Of a DNA stretch of 64,000 nt, positions 38,598-48,531 are shown one piece after another (positions within the stretch are counted from its first letter, which is position 1; each line of letters starts with the position of its first letter). Source of the DNA: Sediminibacterium sp. (GTDB lineage Bacteria; Bacteroidota; Bacteroidia; Chitinophagales; Chitinophagaceae); NCBI GenBank assembly GCA_040403945.1, contig JBBAJQ010000002.1, positions 9,300 through 73,299 of the forward strand, in the 5' to 3' direction. The translations under genes were made by a program, and so were the position numbers. The notes under the pieces were generated by a model that was not told the origin of the DNA, ran no database searches, and worked only from the letters and a program-made list of their open reading frames with translations.

Positions 38598-39722
38598 TTA
38601 GTATTGAATTACCTGTTCTTGAATATGTTCGGGCAATTCTCTGAATCCGTATTGCTGATTGCGCAGTTGTGGGGTAAAGCCCCCTTCTAAGATAGCTTCC
38701 TGAATGGTTTTATAGGTAAACCGATGTGGAGCACCGGCTGCACTTACCACATTTTCTTCCAGCATAATACTACCAAAATCGTTGGCACCGGCATGCAGGC
38801 AAATCTGTGCGGTTTGTTTACCAACCGTAAGCCAGCTGGCTTGTATATTAATAACATTCGGCAGCATAATTCTGCTGATGGCAATCATGCGGATATATTC
38901 ATCCGAAGTAGTTAAATTTTGCACCCCCCTGATTTTCGCCAGCAGGGTATCCACATCCTGAAAAGTCCACGGAATAAATGCCAGAAACCCTTTAGCATCT
39001 GCCGGCTTTCTGCTTTGTACCTCGCGTATTCTTTCCAGATGGATGAATCTTTCTTCCAGGGTTTCCACATGCCCAAACATCATGGTAGCGCTGGTAGTAA
39101 TATCTTGCTGATGGGCTTCCGCCATAATATCCAGCCATTCATCTGCCCCACACTTTCCGTTCGATACCAGCCTGCGAACACGGTCTACCAATATTTCAGC
39201 TCCTGCACCCGGCAAAGAATCTAATCCGGCTGCTTTTAATGCTTGCAAGGCTTCGCGGTGACTGATTTTATCAATTTTACAGATATGGGCTACTTCGGGT
39301 GGACCGAGCGCATGGAGCTTCAGGGTGGGATATTCTTGTTTTATCTGGCGAAACAGGTTGGTATAAAAATCCAGTCCCAACTCTGGGTGGTGCCCTCCTT
39401 GTAACAAAAGCTGATCTCCGCCATATCGCAGGGTTTCTTCAATTTTTTTACGGTAGGTGGGCATATCGGTTATGTAAGATTCCGGATGACCGGGGATGCG
39501 GTAGAAGTTACAAAATTTACAATTGGCAACACAAACATTGGTGGTATTCACATTCCGATCTATCTGCCAGGTAACTTTCCCATGGGGCACTTGTTTTTTT
39601 CTCAGTTCATCAGCCACATGCATCAATTCTGTTAGGGGCGCCTGTTGAAACAAAAACTGGCCTTCTTCTCTGGTTAAAAAGGAAAAATCCAGTGCTTTTT
39701 GGTATAAATCTGCTAGTTGCAT
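38598..39722 (-). CDS. Radical SAM menaquinone (futalosine-pathway) enzyme, MqnC/MqnE family
   Basis: NVCVANCKFCNFYR cluster motif and CofH/MqnC-like C-terminal GFLAFIPWTFQ. I cannot separate MqnC from MqnE by eye. Confidence 0.7.
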   Translation of the reverse strand: MQLADLYQKALDFSFLTREEGQFLFQQAPLTELMHVADELRKKQVPHGKVTWQIDRNVNTTNVCVANCKFCNFYRIPGHPESYITDMPTYRKKIEETLRYGGDQLLLQGGHHPELGLDFYTNLFRQIKQEYPTLKLHALGPPEVAHICKIDKISHREALQALKAAGLDSLPGAGAEILVDRVRRLVSNGKCGADEWLDIMAEAHQQDITTSATMMFGHVETLEERFIHLERIREVQSRKPADAKGFLAFIPWTFQDVDTLLAKIRGVQNLTTSDEYIRMIAISRIMLPNVINIQASWLTVGKQTAQICLHAGANDFGSIMLEENVVSAAGAPHRFTYKTIQEAILEGGFTPQLRNQQYGFRELPEHIQEQVIQY

Positions 39723-39742
39723 GTTAATAGGCTTAAGAAATG

Positions 39743-39750
39743 CAAAGGTA
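39743..39750 (-). promoter_or_regulatory. -7 box TACCTTTG
   Basis: Complement of caaaggta. It lies 20 nt upstream of ATG 39722. Confidence 0.45.
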
Positions 39751-39831
39751 AGCTGCCGTAGGCAAAGGAGCCCCCAATTTTTTAACAAGCAAGGTTCCGG
39801 AATATTCGTTTGTTATCAGTAAATTACAGTT

Positions 39832-41037
39832 ATGATGCGCAAGTGGTTGCTGATGATGGTTGGAGGACTATGGGGGGTTGCTTTACAGGCCCAGGAAGAG
39901 TTCGTCCCTCCCCAATCGGAAATGCTTACCCGATTTTCTTTTTACCAACTCAGTGGGGGCATAATGATTTTACAAGCACGTGTGGGTGACGCCAAAGATA
40001 CCCTACATTTTGTGCTGGATACAGGTAGTGGGGGCATTTCTTTAGACTCGGTAACGGCTTCCAGATTACAATTTCCCATTCTGCCATCCGAAAAAATTAT
40101 CCGTGGGTTAAATGGAATGCGTACCGTATCATTTGTATATGGGCAAACCCTGCATCTTCCCGGCTTATCCGTGCAAAAACTGGATTTTCATGTGAACGAT
40201 TATAGGTTACTGAGTAGTGTGTATGGACTGAAAATAGATGGTATAATTGGATTTAGTTTTTTACGCAGGTACATTGTAAAAATTGATTTTGATCAGGATA
40301 TTATTGAAGTTTTTTCACCGGGCACCTATAAGTATCCTAAGGGAGGCTACTTGTTGAAGCCAAATTTTTCTACCCTGCCCCTACAATCGGCGTATTTACA
40401 TGATAATCGCCGTATAATGGGTCGCTTTATATTTGATACCGGCGCCGGATTAAATATGTTACTATCGGAGGATTTTGTTTCAGACAGCTCCGTTTTTAAA
40501 AAAGGCCGGGTGTTTTTCCCTACTCAGGCAGAGGGGCTCGGGGGAAAAAAATTAATGAGCCTAGGTATATTGCAGGAACTACGTATAGGGGGATATAAGT
40601 TTAAAAAAGTGCCAGTACATGTGTTTTCAGACGACTACAATGTAACGGCGTATCCGCAAATGGGGGGGCTGATTGGGAATGATTTGATGCGAAGATTTAA
40701 TATGATTATCAATTATCCGGAGATGAGCATTCATATCAAACCGAATAAGCATTTTAATGAAGATTTTGATTATTCCTATACTGGGTTGGCTTTTTATCTG
40801 GTAAATGGAGAAATACAAATAGAAGATATTATGCAGGGGTCGCCGGCAGAGAAGGCTGGATTTCAGCAGGGGGATATCATTTTTTCGGTAGATAAAACTA
40901 TCAGTAAAGACATCAAAACCTATCGGAACATCTTTCAAAACAGTTTAGGTCGCATTCCGGTAATGGTTATCCGGAATGGGACGCCGATGATTTTGGTGTT
41001 GGATGTAAAAGATATTCGAAAACGCCGCCTGAATTAA
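39832..41037 (+). CDS. Secreted retropepsin-like aspartyl protease with a C-terminal PDZ domain
   Basis: Two D-T-G motifs (VLDTGSGG and IFDTGAG) and a PDZ-like GSPAEKAGFQQGDII segment. Confidence 0.7.
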   Translation: MMRKWLLMMVGGLWGVALQAQEEFVPPQSEMLTRFSFYQLSGGIMILQARVGDAKDTLHFVLDTGSGGISLDSVTASRLQFPILPSEKIIRGLNGMRTVSFVYGQTLHLPGLSVQKLDFHVNDYRLLSSVYGLKIDGIIGFSFLRRYIVKIDFDQDIIEVFSPGTYKYPKGGYLLKPNFSTLPLQSAYLHDNRRIMGRFIFDTGAGLNMLLSEDFVSDSSVFKKGRVFFPTQAEGLGGKKLMSLGILQELRIGGYKFKKVPVHVFSDDYNVTAYPQMGGLIGNDLMRRFNMIINYPEMSIHIKPNKHFNEDFDYSYTGLAFYLVNGEIQIEDIMQGSPAEKAGFQQGDIIFSVDKTISKDIKTYRNIFQNSLGRIPVMVIRNGTPMILVLDVKDIRKRRLN

Positions 41038-41102
41038 ATAACGAAAGTGAGCCGTAAACAAAGTAATTTGCGCCCGTATGCGGCGAAACGCAGGTACACA
41101 TT

Positions 41103-42356
41103 ATGATTCAATTTAACCGATTTATACTGAGTAATGGATTACGGGTGCTGGTGCATGAAGACCATACCACCCCAATGGCTGTAGTGAATGTGCTATATGA
41201 TGTGGGTGCCCGGGATGAGCATCCCGATAAAACCGGCTTTGCCCATCTTTTCGAACACCTGATGTTTGGCGGCAGTGGCAATATTCCTGATTACGACGAG
41301 CCCCTACAAAGAGCCGGTGGTGAAAACAATGCCTATACTACCAACGATCTTACCAACTATTATTGTCAGCTACCGGTAGAAAACATAGAAACAGCTTTCT
41401 GGCTAGAAAGCGATCGCATGCTGGGGCTTGCCTTTTCTAAAAAGAGTTTGGAAGTACAAAGAAAAGTGGTATGTGAAGAATTTAAAGAGCACTATCTGAA
41501 TAAGCCCTATGGTGATATCTGGCATAAGATGCGGGAACTCTGTTATCAGGTGCATCCGTATCGCTGGATGACGATCGGGAAAGAATTGAGTCATGTAGAA
41601 AAAGCCCGCATAGAAGACGTAAAAGACTTTTTTTATAAACACTATCGCCCGATTAATGCTATTCTGGTTGTAGCCGGGCCCGTTACAACCGAGCAGGTGA
41701 AGTTGTTGGCTGAAAAATGGTTTGGCGATATTCCTTCCGGAGAAAAATATAAGCGCAACCTGCCGGCTGAACCAGCCCAAACGGCCGCCCGGCACCTGGA
41801 TATTTATGCCGATGTGCCTGCCAACGCTTTGATAATGGCTTGGCATATGGATGCTCGCCTAGAACCCGGATATTATGCGGCTGAATTGTTAACGGAAATA
41901 TTAGGGGGCGGAGGGTCGTCGCGATTATATCAAGCACTGGTAAAAGAGAAAAAAATATTATCTGCTTTGGAAGTGCATCATTTTGGCAGCAGTGATAAAG
42001 GATTGCTGGCCATTGAATCTCGATTGGTGAATGGGGTTGACCATGCCACTGCGCAATCAGCTTTAGAGGCCGAGTTAGAGAAAATTACACAGGAGAGGGT
42101 ATCTGCCTCAGAATTGGAGAAGGTGATTAATAAAACAGAGAGCATGATTGTGTTCGAAGATATGAGTTTGATGAGTCGTGCGTCTAGTTTGGCACATTAC
42201 GAACTGCTGGGTGATGCTCAGTTGATGAATACGGAACTGGATAATTATCGGGCGATTACCGCCGATGATTTATTGCGGGAAAGTCGAAAAATTTTCCGAA
42301 AAGAAAACAGCAACACTTTGTATTACCATATACGCCCCACCCAACATGCTGAATAG
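41103..42356 (+). CDS. M16-family zinc peptidase (active subunit)
   Basis: HLFEHLMF is the inverted HxxEH zinc motif. Confidence 0.85.
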   Translation: MIQFNRFILSNGLRVLVHEDHTTPMAVVNVLYDVGARDEHPDKTGFAHLFEHLMFGGSGNIPDYDEPLQRAGGENNAYTTNDLTNYYCQLPVENIETAFWLESDRMLGLAFSKKSLEVQRKVVCEEFKEHYLNKPYGDIWHKMRELCYQVHPYRWMTIGKELSHVEKARIEDVKDFFYKHYRPINAILVVAGPVTTEQVKLLAEKWFGDIPSGEKYKRNLPAEPAQTAARHLDIYADVPANALIMAWHMDARLEPGYYAAELLTEILGGGGSSRLYQALVKEKKILSALEVHHFGSSDKGLLAIESRLVNGVDHATAQSALEAELEKITQERVSASELEKVINKTESMIVFEDMSLMSRASSLAHYELLGDAQLMNTELDNYRAITADDLLRESRKIFRKENSNTLYYHIRPTQHAE

Positions 42357-43626
42357 AAAAAAGGCACCGGCTATTAAAGATGCCGTAAACATGTCGCTGC
42401 AATTACCTCCTTATGTTGCCTTTACCCTCAACAATGGTGTGCCTGTATATACAGTGCAGGCTGGTTCGCAGGAAGTGCTACAAATAGAGCTCTTGTTTTT
42501 TGCAGGACTCTGGCACGAACAACAGGAATTGCTGGCTGCCAGCACTAATTTTCTTTTAAAAAATGGCACCAAAACCAAAACGGCTTTTCAGTTAAATGAG
42601 CAGATAGAATATTATGGTGCTTACCTTAATCGCGGTTGCTTTAATGATGTTGCTAACATTACACTCCATTGTTTAAATAAGCATCTAGCGCATTTGTTAC
42701 CGGTTGTGTCGGAGATTTTAACCGAGAGTGTTTTTCCGGAAGATGAGTTAGTGATTTATAAAAATAATCAGCTGCAACGCCTCGGCATTAATTTGAAGAA
42801 GTGCGAATTTGTAGGCAATCGCCTGATAGATGAATATGTGTATGGCCGCAAGCATCCTTATGGGCGCTATTCAACTGCGGAGGCTTTTGAAAATATACAA
42901 CGTGAGCAGTTACTCGATTTTTATCAAAGCCATTACGTTAGCGGAAACTGTATTATTTTGGTATCCGGTAAACTGCCCGCAGATTTGGAGCAACAGCTTA
43001 ATCAAAATCTGGGCCATTTACCCTTGCAGGGGAATCGCCCGGATATAACGCCTATCGGAACAGTACCACTGGCAGAAAAAAAGCATCGGGTAATCAACGA
43101 CGAGCAGGGCATACAGGGAGCTATCCGAATCGCCAGCCCTTTTCCAACGCGCCATCATCCCGACTTTCTGGGTATGCAGGTGTTGAATAATTTGCTGGGG
43201 GGCTATTTTAGTTCGCGACTTATGAACAATATCCGGGAAGATAAGGGCTATACCTATGGCATCCATTCGTATATCCAAAGTCATTTACACCATGCCAGCT
43301 TGCATATAAGCACCGAAGCCGGCCGGGAAGTATGCGAACCTGCCATTGCAGAAATTTATAAAGAAATGAGTTTGCTCTGCAATGAGCCGGTAAGTGCAGA
43401 AGAATTAGACTTGGTGCGTAATTACATGATGGGGGGATTGTTAGGCGATTTAGATGGCCCCTTCCAAATAATGTCGCGCTGGAAAACCTATTTGTTGAAT
43501 AACCTACCTCCCGATTATTTTCAGCAGAGTCTCCAAACAATCCGCAGCATCACACCAGCTCAACTGCAACAACTTGCGCAACAATACTTACAGCCCGATT
43601 CGTTTTACGAGTTAGTGGTGGTGTAA
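42346..43626 (+). CDS. M16-family peptidase-like protein (no HxxEH; probable non-catalytic partner)
   Basis: Same fold pattern as the upstream gene. Its ATG at 42346 overlaps the upstream stop codon by 11 nt. Confidence 0.75.
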   Translation: MLNRKKAPAIKDAVNMSLQLPPYVAFTLNNGVPVYTVQAGSQEVLQIELLFFAGLWHEQQELLAASTNFLLKNGTKTKTAFQLNEQIEYYGAYLNRGCFNDVANITLHCLNKHLAHLLPVVSEILTESVFPEDELVIYKNNQLQRLGINLKKCEFVGNRLIDEYVYGRKHPYGRYSTAEAFENIQREQLLDFYQSHYVSGNCIILVSGKLPADLEQQLNQNLGHLPLQGNRPDITPIGTVPLAEKKHRVINDEQGIQGAIRIASPFPTRHHPDFLGMQVLNNLLGGYFSSRLMNNIREDKGYTYGIHSYIQSHLHHASLHISTEAGREVCEPAIAEIYKEMSLLCNEPVSAEELDLVRNYMMGGLLGDLDGPFQIMSRWKTYLLNNLPPDYFQQSLQTIRSITPAQLQQLAQQYLQPDSFYELVVV

Positions 43627-43779
43627 TGAAATGGAATTACGCGCAACTTTTTTCAAATCATTATACACTAATTCACTTGGTTATAAAAGTGACTTGAGCG
43701 CATCTATGCGATTCAAAAAGTTATTGCAGTATATAGGTGTCCGTTAATTATCTTATATTTATAATGGAAATCAGATAAT

Positions 43780-44133
43780 ATGCTTCGCTTCATCATCAAA
43801 ACCCTTTCTACTTCAGTGGCTGTGCTGGTTGCAGCCTATGTTTTAAAAGGCGTACATGTGCAGGATGTGCAAACGGCTTTGCTGGTTGCCCTAGTATTGG
43901 GCTTACTTAATAGTTTTATTCGTCCGATTTTAGTTATTCTTACTATCCCTATTACGATAATCACCCTGGGATTATTCCTGATTGTAATTAATTACTTCAT
44001 TATCCGCCTTACTACTCAGATAGTACCCGGATTTTCAGTGGACGGCTGGCTCCCGGCCCTGTTGTTTTCATTATTGGTAAGCTTTGTATCCTCTATTATT
44101 GAAGCCATTGCCGGCTCTTCCAGCGAAAAATAG
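43780..44133 (+). CDS. DUF360 / phage-holin-family-4-like membrane protein
   Basis: 117 aa, 3-4 TM helices and a LLN..IRPIL..LT.P motif. Confidence 0.65.
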   Translation: MLRFIIKTLSTSVAVLVAAYVLKGVHVQDVQTALLVALVLGLLNSFIRPILVILTIPITIITLGLFLIVINYFIIRLTTQIVPGFSVDGWLPALLFSLLVSFVSSIIEAIAGSSSEK

Positions 44134-44357
44134 CCGATTCCTCCACTTTTGTCACCTCTTTTATTAGCAGCCGACCCCGGAAACGGCTGAAGAATGTCTT
44201 CTTTGCTGCTCCAACTCTTACATTCATCCCTGTTTTTTTGCCGCTCATCCCTTTTTTGGCACACTCAAAAATCAATGAATATTTCATAAATCACTGATTA
44301 TCAACAATATATTGTTTTATTTACTTCCTACCTTAGCCGATTACTAAATTAAGGTAG

Positions 44358-44378
44358 GTACTATGTGTTGCATAGTAC
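44358..44378. promoter_or_regulatory. Dyad GTACTATG-N5-CATAGTAC, candidate operator (PadR?)
   Basis: Perfect 8-bp arms. It ends 12 bp before the -7 box at 44391. Confidence 0.35.
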
Positions 44379-44390
44379 TAAAATTCCCTG

Positions 44391-44398
44391 TATCTTTG
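44391..44398 (+). promoter_or_regulatory. -7 box TATCTTTG
   Basis: Matches TAnnTTTG. It lies 58 nt upstream of ATG 44457. Confidence 0.45.
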
Positions 44399-44456
44399 TC
44401 TTGTCAAAGCAAATGAATCAAAAACATTCAATCAATCACATTAAAAAATAAAAAAC

Positions 44457-44648
44457 ATGAAAACGAATCAAACTTTAGAACAATTATTCGGAAAAGAAAT
44501 CTTTACAACCGAAACGGCCTTAACGGTGGAAGCCATTGCCGCCACCCGCACCGAGAGCATCCAACCCCAGGTATTTGGCGTTGCCGATCTTTGGAAATTA
44601 GAGAGAAGCCGCAGAGCCCGCACCACGCGCAAGCACTTTGCTTTTTAA
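44457..44648 (+). CDS. Small hypothetical protein (63 aa, acidic front, basic tail)
   Basis: ORF preceded by an A-rich leader and a consensus -7 box, 51 nt upstream of padR. I recognise no family, so coding status is uncertain. Confidence 0.35.
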   Translation: MKTNQTLEQLFGKEIFTTETALTVEAIAATRTESIQPQVFGVADLWKLERSRRARTTRKHFAF

Positions 44649-44699
44649 TCCGAACCCCACAGATTACCCCGCTTTTCACTTTCATTTAAAAATAATTGT

Positions 44700-45074
44700 A
44701 TGGACATTCAGAATACCCAAAGTCAAATGCGGAAAGGAGTATTGGAATTCTGCATTCTTTCCATCATCCGGCAGGGAGAGGTTTATCCAAGTGATTTGGT
44801 TGAAAAAATGAAGTCAGCCAACCTGCATATTTTGGAAGGCACTTTATATCCCTTGCTTACTCGGCTGAAAAATGCCGGGGTACTTACCTATCGATGGGTA
44901 GAAAGCAATAGTGGCCCGCCTCGTAAATATTTTGTGATGACGGACCAGGGCTTACAGTTTTACCACGAACTGGAACTTACCTGGAAAGAGTTAGCAGATG
45001 CTGTTGCTACATTAACTCACCCTACCGTAACCGATACCAACCCTAACACTCCATCATCTGATCAGCCCGAATAA
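44700..45074 (+). CDS. PadR-family transcriptional regulator
   Basis: Winged-helix segment LEFCILSII..GEVYPSDL...EGTLYPLLTRL...G. Confidence 0.85.
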   Translation: MDIQNTQSQMRKGVLEFCILSIIRQGEVYPSDLVEKMKSANLHILEGTLYPLLTRLKNAGVLTYRWVESNSGPPRKYFVMTDQGLQFYHELELTWKELADAVATLTHPTVTDTNPNTPSSDQPE

Positions 45075-45102
45075 ATGCTGACCGGAGATAAAACCATCCA
45101 AC

Positions 45103-47331
45103 ATGAAAAAGGTAATCAACATTAATTTTCAGGGTCGTGTAATTCCCATCGAGGAATCAGCTTTTGAACTGCTGAAAGCATATACCGATAGCTTGCGCCG
45201 TTGTTTTGCGCAGGAGGAAGGAAAAGATGAAATCATCAACGACATCGAAAGCCGCATCGCCGAATTATTTGGGGAAGCACTCAAGAAAGGCAGTGTATGC
45301 ATCACCGACGAACAGGTGAATGCCATTATAGATAATATGGGCAGACCAGAGGATCTGGAACAGGGAACTTCTGCTACCGGAGCTGAAACCAATTCCGGAC
45401 AAAAAATTGCTGGAGATGATAGTTCCGCTGAGCGAGGGAAATTATATAGGGATGAGAATGATAAAATTATTGGGGGTGTTTGTAGTGGAATAGCCAACTA
45501 CTTTAAAATAGACCCATCCATTATTCGAGTGGCATTTGTGCTAACAACACTTGGTTGGGGTTCCGGTGTATTGCTTTATGTTGTTTTGTGGGCTATTTTA
45601 CCGGGCTCAAAGCTTCAGGCCGGAACTCGTAATAAACGACTCTTTAGAAATCCGGATGAAAAAGTGGTGGCCGGTGTGGCAAGTGGTATCGCCAGTTATT
45701 TTGATATTGCTGTTTGGATTCCCCGACTCATTTTCGCTTTACCGCTGATTACAGGACTAGGGGCATCGCTTATCAATGCTGTATTTAATGTTTGGTTTTG
45801 GAGTGATGAACCGATATCTCGTATTGTATTCTCTTCCTTCGGCGGAACCTTATTAATCATCTACCTCGTTCTTTGGGCAATTATTCCCGAAGCAAAATCT
45901 GCCTCTGAAAAATTAGAGATGCGGGGAGAGAAAATTGACCTTAACAGCATTAAAACTACTATTCAGGAAGATTTGCATGCCTTTGCGACCCGTGCCGAGA
46001 AGTGGGGAAAGGAAGTAAATGAGAAAGCACAAGACTTTGGGAAGGATGTATCGCAAACCGTTACCTCTTCGGCACAGCATGCAAGTAGCGTTGTTACACC
46101 GGTAGCAAAGTCGGGTATAAGCCGAATCGGAACTGCTATAGGATTAGTATTCAAAGCATTTTTCATGTTCATTTTTGGGATAATTGCCTTGGCGCTGTTA
46201 ATTGCCCTGGTAGCCATTCTTTTTGCAGGGGCAGCTGTTTTTCCACTCAAAAATTTTCTGCTCGATGGGTTCAACCAACAGTTCCTCGGCTGGGTATTTT
46301 TACTACTATTCTTCGGTACGCCAATCATTGCACTGGTTACGTCTCTGATTCGCCGTATGATGGGGGTAAAGTCTGGAAACAAATACATGGGCTATGCTTT
46401 TGCCGGCATGTGGGTGATGGGATTGTTCAGTGGTATGTTGCTAATATCAGACATTAAAAAAGATTTTAGTGTAAGGGTTCGTGAAAAGCAAGAGAACACT
46501 TTAGCACAACCATCAACCGGTAAAGTTTTTGTTCGACTCAAAGATGCTAACATTGTTCGTCAGTTTGGACCGGGAATACACATGACGGGTTTAGCCAGAT
46601 TGTATAAAGACAGTATTCAAATCAGCAACATTGATTTGCGCATTGAAAAAAGTGCCGACTCGCTTTACCATCTTACTACAACACGCATCAGCAGTGGTAA
46701 GGATGATCAGACAGCCGCTTCCAATTTAGCCGCAATGCAATTTGGTTTTCAACAGCAAGACTCGGTGCTTATGCTCGATAGAGGCATCATATTGCCACCC
46801 GGTTCACGATTCCGCAATCAGCAAATCATACTTACCGTTCAGGTACCGGTGGGCAAGAAGATAATAGTAGATCGCGCAGTAATGAAGAAATTCTTTTACT
46901 TGAATTTATCAAATATCAGTTTTGCCGAAGTAGATGGAGGGGATGATTGGGAATTGGAAGAATCCAAAGAAAACTGGAGAAGTGGGGTTGAATATTTGAT
47001 GACAGAAAGCGGATTGAAAAAAACCGGAGTACCCCTTGATGAAAAAAACTGGGAGGATAATGGCGACAACGAGGAAAATTTTTCTCCCGATGCTCCCAAA
47101 TCTCGCAGGCAACTGGAGCGTGAATTGGAACGTAAAAACCGCGAATTAGAAAAAATGAAAAAGGAATTAGACAAATCTGCCGAACCTAAAAAAGTTGCAA
47201 AACAGCAATCGGCAAAGGAAGGTGGTTCACATGTAATGTGGTGGTTACAATCGGCCCTCAACCGAGTAATGCATAGTACAGAAGATAAGGCGGTAGCAGC
47301 GGGGTATATATTTCATCCCAAGTTAATTTGA
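45103..47331 (+). CDS. Large membrane protein with two PspC domains
   Basis: LYRDENDKIIGGVCSGIANYF and LFRNPDEKVVAGVASGIASYF segments, multiple TM helices and a charged coiled-coil tail. Confidence 0.8.
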   Translation: MKKVININFQGRVIPIEESAFELLKAYTDSLRRCFAQEEGKDEIINDIESRIAELFGEALKKGSVCITDEQVNAIIDNMGRPEDLEQGTSATGAETNSGQKIAGDDSSAERGKLYRDENDKIIGGVCSGIANYFKIDPSIIRVAFVLTTLGWGSGVLLYVVLWAILPGSKLQAGTRNKRLFRNPDEKVVAGVASGIASYFDIAVWIPRLIFALPLITGLGASLINAVFNVWFWSDEPISRIVFSSFGGTLLIIYLVLWAIIPEAKSASEKLEMRGEKIDLNSIKTTIQEDLHAFATRAEKWGKEVNEKAQDFGKDVSQTVTSSAQHASSVVTPVAKSGISRIGTAIGLVFKAFFMFIFGIIALALLIALVAILFAGAAVFPLKNFLLDGFNQQFLGWVFLLLFFGTPIIALVTSLIRRMMGVKSGNKYMGYAFAGMWVMGLFSGMLLISDIKKDFSVRVREKQENTLAQPSTGKVFVRLKDANIVRQFGPGIHMTGLARLYKDSIQISNIDLRIEKSADSLYHLTTTRISSGKDDQTAASNLAAMQFGFQQQDSVLMLDRGIILPPGSRFRNQQIILTVQVPVGKKIIVDRAVMKKFFYLNLSNISFAEVDGGDDWELEESKENWRSGVEYLMTESGLKKTGVPLDEKNWEDNGDNEENFSPDAPKSRRQLERELERKNRELEKMKKELDKSAEPKKVAKQQSAKEGGSHVMWWLQSALNRVMHSTEDKAVAAGYIFHPKLI

Positions 47332-47352
47332 TGTGGGAAGTTGGAAAAGGTG

Positions 47353-47390
47353 CGACCATCTGCCTGGAGCGGATGGTCGTTTTTTATTTT
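47353..47390 (+). terminator. Rho-independent terminator after the PspC gene
   Basis: CGACCATC-loop-GATGGTCG followed by TTTTTTATTTTT. Confidence 0.7.
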
Positions 47391-47409
47391 TACTACCCCC
47401 GGCATACTG

Positions 47410-47417
47410 TATTTTTG
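47410..47417 (+). promoter_or_regulatory. -7 box TATTTTTG for gcvT
   Basis: Lies 19 nt upstream of ATG 47437. Confidence 0.45.
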
Positions 47418-47436
47418 CACTAAATTAATCGGATAC

Positions 47437-48522
47437 ATGAAAAATACCCCTTTTACCCAGTTACACATTGCCCTAGGTGCTAAAATGGCTGAATTCGCCG
47501 GCTACAATATGCCCATCAGTTATACTGGTATCAATGATGAGCATCAAACGGTGCGAAATAAAGTGGGGGTATTTGACGTCAGTCACATGGGAGAATTTAT
47601 CCTCAAAGGCCCCGAAGCATTGGATTTGATTCAGCGTGTAACTTCTAATGATGCTGCCCGGCTAGTGGAAGGACAGGCACAATACAGCTGTTTTACCAAT
47701 GAGCAGGGAGGTATTGTGGATGATTTAATCGTGTATTGTTTAACTCCCAATCAATCTTATATGCTGGTAGTGAATGCTTCCAACATAGAGAAAGATTGGA
47801 ATTGGGTGAGTAAGCATAACACCCAAGGGGTAGAGATGCATAATATCAGCGACAAAACCTGTTTGTTGGCCATTCAAGGACCCGAAGCCAATAAAATTGT
47901 GCAGCAACTGACCGATACAGATATCATGAATCTTAAGTATTACACATTTGTTCGCGGGAAAGTGGCTGGCGTAGAAAATGTAATTATTAGCGCTACCGGT
48001 TATACGGGTGCGGGCGGGGTTGAAATATATTTTGAAGATCAGGGGGCGGCAGCGGTTACCATTTGGAATGCCTTAATGGAAGCAGGTAAATCTTATGGAA
48101 TAAAGCCAATAGGGTTAGGTGCCCGTGACACACTTCGTTTAGAAATGGGCTATTGTTTATATGGCAATGATATCAACGATACCACTACCCCATTGGAGGC
48201 TGGCTTGGGATGGATTACCAAGTTTACAAAACCTTTTACTGCGCACGAAATACTCGCAGCCCAAAAAGCATCCGGCGTAACAAAAAAGCTGGTAGGTTTC
48301 GAAATGATCGACCGCGGTATTCCCCGCCATGATTATGAAATACTGGATGCTTCCGGAGCCAACATTGGCATTGTAACCAGCGGAACGCAATCGCCTACCC
48401 TTGGGAAGGCCATCGGAATGGGTTATGTAAATACAGCACATGCCTCAGAGGGATCGGAAATTTTTATTGCTATTCGACAAACTCCCATAAAAGCCCGGAT
48501 AGTTAAGCCCCCCTTCCGTTAA
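47437..48522 (+). CDS. gcvT: Glycine cleavage system aminomethyltransferase T
   Basis: [21 protein letters not shown]...[14 protein letters not shown]. Confidence 0.9.
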   Translation: MKNTPFTQLHIALGAKMAEFAGYNMPISYTGINDEHQTVRNKVGVFDVSHMGEFILKGPEALDLIQRVTSNDAARLVEGQAQYSCFTNEQGGIVDDLIVYCLTPNQSYMLVVNASNIEKDWNWVSKHNTQGVEMHNISDKTCLLAIQGPEANKIVQQLTDTDIMNLKYYTFVRGKVAGVENVIISATGYTGAGGVEIYFEDQGAAAVTIWNALMEAGKSYGIKPIGLGARDTLRLEMGYCLYGNDINDTTTPLEAGLGWITKFTKPFTAHEILAAQKASGVTKKLVGFEMIDRGIPRHDYEILDASGANIGIVTSGTQSPTLGKAIGMGYVNTAHASEGSEIFIAIRQTPIKARIVKPPFR

Positions 48523-48531
48523 TGGATGTGC

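Noticed and set aside
42265-42345. N-terminal extensions produced by alternative start codons in the ORF track (also 47341-47436, 31499-31552, 29613-29669, 50604-50648, 22017-22079, 58940-58984 and 9959-10048).
   Set aside because: They overlap the preceding gene or a terminator, or contain promoter boxes. In every case an internal ATG gives the canonical family N-terminus.
43780-44133. A 'phage holin family 4' type protein as evidence of a prophage.
   Set aside because: It is a single DUF360-type membrane gene. No lysin, capsid, terminase or integrase genes lie nearby. This family is widespread in non-phage contexts.
44168-44189. Hairpin CAGCCG-N10-CGGCTG after the DUF360 gene as a terminator.
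   Set aside because: The stem is 6 bp with a large loop and no following T-run, which is too weak to call.
47332-47436. Glycine riboswitch ahead of gcvT (and ahead of gcvH at 33242-33301).
   Set aside because: The spacers are too short. One holds a terminator plus a promoter box, and the other is only 60 nt. No tandem aptamer-like conserved cores are visible.
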